From an uncultured Chloroflexia bacterium (GTDB lineage Bacteria > Chloroflexota > Limnocylindria > Limnocylindrales > CSP1-4), in assembly GCA_963732805.1 (NCBI GenBank), contig CAVTAW010000001.1, forward strand, positions 406,283-470,282: DNA of 64,000 bases. Direction: 5' to 3'. Positions 57,342 through 64,000 of the stretch are shown piece by piece. Below the pieces are notes generated by a model that had not been told where the DNA came from, made no database searches, and saw nothing but the letters and a program-made list of their open reading frames with translations. The number at the start of each line of letters is the position of its first letter. The stretch's first letter is position 1. Made by a program: the position numbers and the translations under genes.

Positions 57342-58613
57342 CTACGCCTCGAACCGGCGGAAGATCGCGACCGCGTTCTGGCCGCCGAAGCCGAAGCCGT
57401 TGACGGCGACCGTGTCCACCTTCGCCCGGCGGGCGACCAGCGGCACGTAGTCCAGGTCGCACTCGGGATCCGGCTGGTGGAGGTTGGCCGTGGGCGAGAT
57501 CACGCCGTCGCGAATGCCGCCGAGCGCCGCGAGCGCCGACGCGATGCCGGCCGCTCCGACCAGGTGCCCGATCATCGACTTGGGGGAGCTGATCGCACGG
57601 GTGGCCGCGGCCGACCCGTAGGCGGCCTTGATCGCGCGCGTCTCGGTCGAGTCGTTGAGCGACGTGGACGTGCCGTGGGCAACGATCCAGTCAACTTCGT
57701 CGGGGGCGACACCCGCGTTGCGCAGCGCGTTGGTCATGGCCCGCGCCTGGCCGCGCCCCGAAGGATCGGGAGCCGAGATGTGGAACGCGTCGGCGGTCAG
57801 GGCGCCGCCGATGATCTCCGCGATCGGCGTCGCGCCCCGGGCGAGGGCATGCTCCGCGGACTCCACGACCACCACCCCGGCCCCCTCGCCGAGCACGAAG
57901 CCATCGCGGGTCGCGTCGAACGGGCGGGAGGCCGTCTCCGGCGTGTCGTTGCGCTTCGAGAGCGCCCCCATGTTGGCCAGCGCGGCGACGCCCATCGGCA
58001 CGACCGGTGCCTCGGACCCGCCCGTCAGCACGACGTCGCACTCGCCGGTCGCGATCAGGCGCAGCGCGTCGTGGAACGCGATCACGGAGGTGGCGCACGC
58101 CGCGACCTGTGTCATGACCGGCCCGGTGAGCTTGTACTCAATGGAGATCATGCAGCTGGCCATCGAGCCGGACAGCGCGGGGACGGCGAACGCGGACACG
58201 AACCGCGGCCCCTTCTGGTCGTGGACGTGGGTCCCCTCGATGATGGCCTCGATCCCGCCGCCGCCGGTATTGATGACCACGCCGACCCGGTCGCGCTCCT
58301 CGGGGGTCATGGCCGCGAAGTCGATGCCCGACGATGTCACCGCCTCCTTGCCGGCGCCCGTTGCCAGGTGGATGAACCGGCTCATGCGACGGGCCATCTT
58401 GGGGTCCATGACGGTGCCCGGATCGAAATCGAGCACCTCGGCCGCGATCCTCACCTCGAACCCGGATGCGTCGAACGACCGGATCAGGCGGGTGCCGGTC
58501 ACCGCGTTCTGGAGGTTCGACCAGTAGGTCTCGAAGTCGTTGCCGTTGGGCATCACCGCGCCGAGGCCGGTGACGACGGCACGGCGTGCGAGGTCAGCGG
58601 AGGGCACGGTCAC
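57342..58613 (-). CDS. fabF: 3-oxoacyl-ACP synthase II (KAS II)
   Basis: 'RRAVVTGLGAV', active-site Cys in 'AACATS', 'VAHGTSTSLND', 'SMIGHLVGAAG', 'GFGFGGQNA'. Confidence 0.9.
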   Translation of the reverse strand: MTVPSADLARRAVVTGLGAVMPNGNDFETYWSNLQNAVTGTRLIRSFDASGFEVRIAAEVLDFDPGTVMDPKMARRMSRFIHLATGAGKEAVTSSGIDFAAMTPEERDRVGVVINTGGGGIEAIIEGTHVHDQKGPRFVSAFAVPALSGSMASCMISIEYKLTGPVMTQVAACATSVIAFHDALRLIATGECDVVLTGGSEAPVVPMGVAALANMGALSKRNDTPETASRPFDATRDGFVLGEGAGVVVVESAEHALARGATPIAEIIGGALTADAFHISAPDPSGRGQARAMTNALRNAGVAPDEVDWIVAHGTSTSLNDSTETRAIKAAYGSAAATRAISSPKSMIGHLVGAAGIASALAALGGIRDGVISPTANLHQPDPECDLDYVPLVARRAKVDTVAVNGFGFGGQNAVAIFRRFEA

Positions 58614-58712
58614 ACCTCTCGAAGCGGGCCGGGTGGCGAGCCGGGCCTGGGCCGACCCGGAAGCGGGTCCGGGATCGTCCGGATTGTAGCGAAGTGCCGT
58701 GCGTCGACGATC

Positions 58713-59988
58713 TCAGCGGCCGTCCCAGCGCTTGAAGATCACGGCTGCGTTGTGCCCGCCGAGCCCGATGTTGTTGGACAGCGCATAGCGCACCGGCATC
58801 GGCATCGCCTCGGGGGAGATCCACAGGTCGGCCTCGGGGTCGAACTCGCGGTAGTTGAGCGTCGGGGGCACGCACTGCTCGGCGACGGTCATCACCGTGG
58901 CGAACGCCTCGAACGCGCCGGCCGCGCCCATCATGTGACCGGTCATCGACTTGGTGCCGCTGATGGCGAGCGACTGTCGGCCACTGGCCGCCCGGTCGCC
59001 GAACACCGTCCAGATCGCCTCGGCCTCGCGCTTGTCGCCCACGGGCGTGGACGTGCCGTGGGGGTTGATGACATCCACCTCGTCGGCCGGCACGCCCCGG
59101 CGCTCGAGTGCGGCCTTCATGGCCCGCGCCGAGCCCGTGCCGCGGTCGATCGGCTGGATCATGTCCCAGCCGTCGGCTGCGGACCCGTAGCCCACGACCT
59201 CCGCGTAGATCCGGGCACCGCGCGCCGTGGCGTACTCCAGGTCCTCGAGGATGAGCGCGCCGGCCCCTTCGCCGAGCACGAACCCGTCACGCGATCGATC
59301 GAACGGGCGGCTGACGTCGGTCAGCGGCTGGCCGGGCCGGGGAGAGCCGAGCCCGCGCATGTTGCCGAAGCCGGCGTGCGCAACCTCGAGCAGCGGCATC
59401 TCGGTCGAGCCGGCGATCACGGTGTGGACGTCGCCGCGACGGATGATCTCCGCGCCTTCGCCCACGGAGTTCGTCCCGGTCGAGCAGGCGGTGACCACGC
59501 AGATGTTGTGCCCGATGGCGCCGGTCTCGATGGCGATCATCCCGGACGTCGAATCCACCAGGCCGTTGGCGATGAAGGTGGGCGCGACGCGTGCCGGGCC
59601 GCGCTCGGCGAGGATCTTCCAGTTGTCGATCATGAGGTGCTGCCCGCCGGCGCCCGACCCGAACACCACGCCGATGTCCTCGCGGTTGTCGTCGGTGATC
59701 TCGAGGCCGGCGTCCGCGATCGCCTGCTTCGCCGCCGAGACGCCGAACCACATCGACGACTCGCTGCGGCGGATCGCCTTGGCGTCCATCCACTGCGCGG
59801 CGGTCGAAGTCATGCACCTCTCCGCCCCACCGGTGGTCGTATGGGGTGAGGTCGAACTTGGTGATCTCGCCCAGGCCCGAGACCCCGTTGACCAGGTTGG
59901 ACCACGCGGTCTGCTTGTCGTTGCCCACGGGGCTGACGACGCCGAGGCCGGTGACGACGACGCGGCGGCTGAAATCGGGTTGGCGCAC
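58713..59988 (-). pseudogene. Second 3-oxoacyl-ACP synthase II paralogue, interrupted by a single-nucleotide frameshift near 59805
   Basis: N-terminus ('RRVVVTGLGVVSPVGNDKQTAWSNLVNGVSGLGEITKFD...GGEVHDFD') is in one frame. The rest ('...AAQWMDAKAIRRSESSMWFGVSAA...TACSTG...HGTSTPVGD...GHMMGAAG...') is in the adjacent frame. Break lies within 'gacttcgaccgccgcgcagtgg'. Confidence 0.7.
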
Positions 59989-60020
59989 GGGTTCCTCTCG
60001 ATGTCCTTCGCTGGTGCCGG

Positions 60021-61016
60021 CTACGCGGTCGGCTCGGAAGCGGCGTCCATCGCCGCGGTGTCCGCGAACGGAATGGCCAGACGGTCGGCCGAGGCCGCGT
60101 CGTCGAGCGCGAGCGCGACCGCGTCGGGCGCGATCCGCTTGATCAGGCCGGTGAGGACGCGCCCCGGTCCGATCTCGATGAAGGTCGTGACCCCCGCAGC
60201 CTGCATCGCCTGGATCGCGCCGACCCAATCGACGCCCGTGGTCAGGTGTTCGACCAGCTCCGCGCGGCAGCCCTCGGCGGTCGTGATCGGGCGCGCGTCG
60301 GCGTTGGCGAGCAGCGGCGGGTCGGGATCCTGGAACGAGATCCCGGTGAGCACCTCGCGCATGCCGTCGGCGGCCCGGGCCATGAGCGGCGAATGGGCAG
60401 CAACCGAGACCGGCAGCTCGACGGCTCGCCTGGCGCCCAGCGACCTCGCGATGTCCAGCGCGGCCTCGACGGCAGGACGCTCCCCGGAGACGACGACCTG
60501 GCCGGGCGAGTTGCGGTTCGCGATGCCGAAGATGCCGTGTGCCGCGGCCTGCTGGACGAGCTCCGGCAGGCGCGCGTCGTCGAGGCCGATGATGGCCGCC
60601 ATCCGGCCCTCCCGGTCGGTGGCCGACGCCTGCATCAGCTCGCCCCGGGTCCGCACCAGCCTGACCGCGTCGGCGAGCCCGAGGGCCCCGGCGGCCACGA
60701 GCGCCGTGTACTGGCCCATCGAGTGGCCGGCGGCGAACGCGGGCTCGGGGATGTCGACCTGGAGCTCGGCCCACCGGCGGCGCACGGCCTCGAGATAGGC
60801 GAGAGACGCGGCAAGGAGCGCCGGCTGGGCGTTCTCGGTCCGGTTCAGGGCATCCTCGGGACCATCCCAGGCCAGTCGGGACAACGGCTCGCCGAGCGCC
60901 TCGTCGGCTGCCCGGAACACGTCGGCGGCGACGGGCGATGACTCGGCCAGGGCACGGCCCATGCCGACGAACTGGCTGCCCTGCCCCGGGAACACGAACG
61001 CGATCTGGCTCATCAC
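60021..61016 (-). CDS. fabD: Malonyl CoA-ACP transacylase
   Basis: 'IAFVFPGQGSQ', 'GHSMGQY' nucleophile elbow. Confidence 0.9.
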   Translation of the reverse strand: MMSQIAFVFPGQGSQFVGMGRALAESSPVAADVFRAADEALGEPLSRLAWDGPEDALNRTENAQPALLAASLAYLEAVRRRWAELQVDIPEPAFAAGHSMGQYTALVAAGALGLADAVRLVRTRGELMQASATDREGRMAAIIGLDDARLPELVQQAAAHGIFGIANRNSPGQVVVSGERPAVEAALDIARSLGARRAVELPVSVAAHSPLMARAADGMREVLTGISFQDPDPPLLANADARPITTAEGCRAELVEHLTTGVDWVGAIQAMQAAGVTTFIEIGPGRVLTGLIKRIAPDAVALALDDAASADRLAIPFADTAAMDAASEPTA

Positions 61017-61101
61017 CCCTCAGCCTAGCCTCGGACAGGCGATAACCACCCCAGATCCATGCACGGTTGCAGGAAGTCGGGGACGGTCCTACGCTCGTGG
61101 C

Positions 61102-61767
61102 ATGGAGGACCAGCCCGCGACCCCGCCCGATCGGCCGACATCATCGCGCCCCAGGGCGCGCCACCGGAGGCAGAGCGACCCGGCGGCCGGACCGTCCCTG
61201 CCGGAATCGCTCGTCGTCCGCCGCCGGCGCGGTGCGCCCAGTCGCGTCATCGCCCGCATGTTCGAGGCCGACCTGTCCGCCCCGGTGGTGGCGGCGGGGA
61301 CCCGGATCCAGAACGTCCGCCAGATCTCCGAGCGCGTGGCCATGGGCCGGGCCCTGTGGCGTGAGCTGGTCGTGGGCTTCGCGTCGCAGCTCGGCGAGCT
61401 CAACCTCGGGTTCACGCAGCTGGCTGCCCTGTACGTGCTGGCCGAGGGGTCCACCACGACCGTCGCCGACCTCGCCGACGCCATCGGCCGATCGCCGTCG
61501 GCGACCTCGCGCCTGATCGACGGCCTGGTCAAGCGGCGGCTGGTCGAGCGGCGCCGCGAGGAGGACGACGGGCGCTTGCGATCGGTATGGCTGACGCCGC
61601 GAGGGCACGCGATCCTGCGGATCGTGGATCGCGCGCGTGCCGAGCAGTTCCTGGCCACCATGCGGCCGATGCCGCGCGGCGAGCGTGCGCTGATCGCGAT
61701 GGGTGTCGCGGCGTTGGCGACGCACGCGATCAGCCGCCGCGGGCGCCTGGTGCGTGGGAGCACCTGA
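61102..61767 (+). CDS. MarR-family transcriptional regulator, divergent from fabD
   Basis: Winged HTH 'LTFTQLAALYVLAEGSTTTVADLADAIGRSPSATSRLIDGLVKRRLVERR'. Start uncertain (ATG 61102 gives a long disordered N-terminus; later starts are possible). Confidence 0.7.
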   Translation: MEDQPATPPDRPTSSRPRARHRRQSDPAAGPSLPESLVVRRRRGAPSRVIARMFEADLSAPVVAAGTRIQNVRQISERVAMGRALWRELVVGFASQLGELNLGFTQLAALYVLAEGSTTTVADLADAIGRSPSATSRLIDGLVKRRLVERRREEDDGRLRSVWLTPRGHAILRIVDRARAEQFLATMRPMPRGERALIAMGVAALATHAISRRGRLVRGST

Positions 61768-61788
61768 TCGCCCGCCGCCGTAACCCGT

Positions 61789-63258
61789 CTAGCCGCAATA
61801 GGTCGCGACCACGTCGTACAGGACCGGCAGGCCCCAGCGGAGCGCCTCGAGGCCAACCCGCTCGTCCACGCCGTGGAACCGCTCGAGGAAGCGCTCGTCG
61901 GCCTCCAGGCGGAGGGGGGAGAACCCGTAGCTCGGGACGCCCAGCCGGATGATGTGCTTGGCGTCGGTGGCAAACGGCGCGACCACCGGGACCGGGATGC
62001 CGTCCGGGTCGTGGGCCACGATCGTCGCCGCGAGCAGGTCGTACAGCTCCCCCCCGGCCGGCGCCTCGACCGGGGCAGCGCCGAGCGAGTGCACGATGGT
62101 GCAGCGTGGTGCGAGATCGCCCAGCCGCGCGAGGATCTCCTCGCGGACATCCCCCTCGGCGGTGCCCGGGAGCGTCCGGCAGTCGATCTCGATGACCGCC
62201 TCCCCCGGGATCACGTTGTACTTGATCCCGGCGTGGATCACGTCGGGGCTGATCGTGTCCCGGATGAGGGCGCGCAGCGCTCGCGCATACATCGGGTCAC
62301 ACAGCGTCCGGAGCGCGGCCTCGGCGCGCCTGGGGTCATCGTCGCCGATCGCGGTCACCAGCTTGCCCTGCTCGGGAGGCAGGTGTGCGGCGACCTCGTC
62401 CAGCAGGCGTCGCACGGCGCCGGTCACGTTGGGCTCCCCCGGCTTCGCCAGCCGCGTCACGACCTCCGCGGCGAGCACGGCCGCGTTGTCCTCGCGGGGC
62501 ATCGACCCATGGCCCCACGTGCCGTGGACCGTGATCCGGTAGACTTCGAAGCCCTTCTCCGCGACCTGGATCGGGTAGAACCGCCGCCCGGCCAGCTGCA
62601 CGCTCACCCCGCCAGCCTCGTTGAGCGCTCCAGCGGCCCGGACGGCGTCCGGCCGGTGGTCGACGAGCCAGCCGGCACCCTGCCAGCCGCCAGCCTCCTC
62701 ATCCGAGGTGCACGCGAACAGGACGTCCCGGCGCAGGCCGGGGACCGGGTCGGTGACGGGATCGATGCCCGCCGTGCGGGCGCGCGCCGCGAGCAGCCCG
62801 ATGACGGCCACCTCCATGGCCACCATGGACTTCATGTCGACGGCGCCGCGACCCCACAGGTAGCCGTCCGCGATCTCGGCGGAGAACGGCGGATGCGTCC
62901 AGCCGGCCGGATCGGCCGGAACGACGTCGTGATGCGACAGGAGCAGCAGCGGCGCGCCGCCGGTCCCGTCGCCGCGCAGCCGGGCGATGACCGTGCCGCG
63001 GCCCGGGAAGGGCTCCAGCACCTCGGGCACCAGGCCGAAGCCACGAAGCTCGTCGGCGATCCGGTTCGCCGCGTCCAGCTCCGGCCCGGGCGGATCGGGC
63101 GGGTTGATGGAAGGGATCCTGATCAGGTCGCACAGGAATGCCAGCAGCTGGTCATGGGCCGCATTCCAGGCATCGGCAGGGAGCGCGAGGGAAGGGAGCC
63201 ATGGGTCCTGATCTGCCCGGCGACCGTGCTGGAGTCCCGGCGCGGGCTCGGAGACCAC
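61789..63258 (-). CDS. M20-family metallopeptidase (ArgE/DapE/dipeptidase-like)
   Basis: 'LLLSHHDVVP', 'GRGAVDMKSM', 'TSDEEAGG', dimerisation domain, C-terminal 'GFSP...ERFHGVDE'. GTG start 5 nt after the upstream stop; the upstream part of the 734-aa track ORF rejected. Confidence 0.8.
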   Translation of the reverse strand: MVSEPAPGLQHGRRADQDPWLPSLALPADAWNAAHDQLLAFLCDLIRIPSINPPDPPGPELDAANRIADELRGFGLVPEVLEPFPGRGTVIARLRGDGTGGAPLLLLSHHDVVPADPAGWTHPPFSAEIADGYLWGRGAVDMKSMVAMEVAVIGLLAARARTAGIDPVTDPVPGLRRDVLFACTSDEEAGGWQGAGWLVDHRPDAVRAAGALNEAGGVSVQLAGRRFYPIQVAEKGFEVYRITVHGTWGHGSMPREDNAAVLAAEVVTRLAKPGEPNVTGAVRRLLDEVAAHLPPEQGKLVTAIGDDDPRRAEAALRTLCDPMYARALRALIRDTISPDVIHAGIKYNVIPGEAVIEIDCRTLPGTAEGDVREEILARLGDLAPRCTIVHSLGAAPVEAPAGGELYDLLAATIVAHDPDGIPVPVVAPFATDAKHIIRLGVPSYGFSPLRLEADERFLERFHGVDERVGLEALRWGLPVLYDVVATYCG

Positions 63259-63260
63259 GC

Positions 63261-63518
63261 TCAGGCCGGCGGGTTGACGATCAGCGCCTCGATGATCCCG
63301 AGGGCAAACCCGACCACGATGATCCCGATGACCATCGCGACCAGGATGCGCACGTACGGGCGCTCGCGGCGGAGGGTGTCGGGCAGCTCGGGGTCGTCGC
63401 CGCCCGCGATGTACGGCTGCTGCAGGCCACGGCGTCGCGCGTGCTCGTTGCGGACGGCGTCGTACTGGACGGGATCCGGGGGGAGCGGCGAGCCCTGGCT
63501 CCGGGTTGGTTCGGTCAC
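63261..63518 (-). CDS. Hypothetical small protein with a single C-terminal TM helix, immediately upstream of the M20 peptidase
   Basis: C-terminal 'YVRILVAMVIGIIVVGFALGIIEALIVNPPA'; stop is 5 nt before the peptidase GTG. Weak. Confidence 0.25.
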   Translation of the reverse strand: MTEPTRSQGSPLPPDPVQYDAVRNEHARRRGLQQPYIAGGDDPELPDTLRRERPYVRILVAMVIGIIVVGFALGIIEALIVNPPA

Positions 63519-63703
63519 GCGACCATGATGCCCCAGCGGCTCCGACGACGACTGGCCACGACGGCAGGGCGGTCGTGGGCGCCCTGCCAGCCGATGGGAA
63601 GCATTCCGCACCGCGGAATGATTTCGCGTGCAACCGCCCGCCGCGCTCATCGCGCAGATACGCTTCCCTGCGCCAACACATGCCGAGGGAGGGATCTGAG
63701 GGT

Positions 63704-64000
63704 ATGGCTGAAGGCAGCCTGGCGTCGGGGGAGAGCACTGACCACCGGCCACGATTGGCGACCGGGGGCGCGACGGCGGCGGTCGGTCTGCTCGTCGGCT
63801 GGATGCTGCTGGGAACGGTGACATCGCTTGTCACCCGGGCCCTGGCCCCCGACATCGAGACCCGGTGGCTGGGCCTCGCCGCGCTCATCCCGGTCGCGGT
63901 GACGGCGGCCGTCATCCTCACGGTCCGCGGGTGGTGGGAGCCCATCGGCTTCCGCCGGGGCGTTCGCCCTGGGCGCTGGTGGGTGCTGCTCATCCCGGCG
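63704..64000 (+). CDS. Membrane protein, 5-prime partial (runs off the window); possibly CPBP/CAAX-protease family
   Basis: ATG 63704 with GGAGGG ~12 nt upstream. 'LLVGWMLLGTV...WLGLAALIPVAVTAAVILTVRGWWEPIGFRR' resembles the N-terminal TM segments of CPBP proteins. Confidence 0.35.
   Translation, partial: MAEGSLASGESTDHRPRLATGGATAAVGLLVGWMLLGTVTSLVTRALAPDIETRWLGLAALIPVAVTAAVILTVRGWWEPIGFRRGVRPGRWWVLLIPA

Noticed and set aside
57477-59849. 790-aa plus ORF antisense to the two KAS II genes
   Set aside because: Artefact. The minus strand encodes canonical FabF motifs.
61873-63528. 551-aa plus ORF antisense to the M20 peptidase
   Set aside because: Artefact. The minus frame has the M20 metal-binding motifs.

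Overview
Very GC-rich bacterial chromosome segment (third codon positions almost all G/C; initiator-type tRNA, 4-nt ATGA/GTGA start-stop overlaps and lipoboxes fit a high-GC Gram-positive, Actinobacteria-like organism). Most of the long six-frame ORFs are GC artefacts antisense to the real genes. The feature list keeps only ORFs whose translations contain recognisable family motifs or have a clean start with a ribosome-binding site (RBS). Main content in order: (1) a GH25 muramidase gene with N-terminal SH3b-like repeats, broken by three indels; (2) a class V PLP enzyme plus FGGY sugar kinase; (3) an NMT1-type ABC importer behind a ~290-nt leader; (4) tRNA-Lys(UUU); (5) a ~8.3-kb module holding a GGDEF fusion protein, a DOPA-dioxygenase-like enzyme, an F420-type reductase, an XRE-cupin regulator, a class V aminotransferase, an MFS transporter and a hydrolase, ending at an initiator tRNA-fMet with a terminator hairpin; (6) a nucleoside hydrolase; (7) a large minus-strand respiratory operon in which cytochrome c oxidase subunits II/I/III/IV-like are followed by a polytopic membrane protein with a C-terminal cupredoxin domain, a TlpA-like thioredoxin lipoprotein and an ABC-2 exporter, with CoxB itself carrying an extra C-terminal type-1-copper domain, and CtaG divergent; (8) a YHS-domain micro-ORF, the PotABCD polyamine importer, a cupredoxin lipoprotein, a 7Fe ferredoxin, proline metabolism genes (proC, proline dehydrogenase), a KorAB 2-oxoacid:ferredoxin oxidoreductase flanked by CBS-domain proteins, an MFS-cNMP fusion, a GAF/S8-protease pair, MGMT, GNAT, PAP2; (9) a Cu(I) P1B-ATPase with an unusual C-terminal extension and a palindromic operator over its extended -10; (10) fabD-fabF-fabF with one fabF frameshifted and a divergent MarR regulator; (11) M20 peptidase. 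The most interesting candidate system is the copper-centred respiratory module, which looks like an aa3-type oxidase wired to blue-copper electron carriers instead of cytochrome c. Several genes show single-base frame disruptions, so sequence quality versus real gene decay should be checked.
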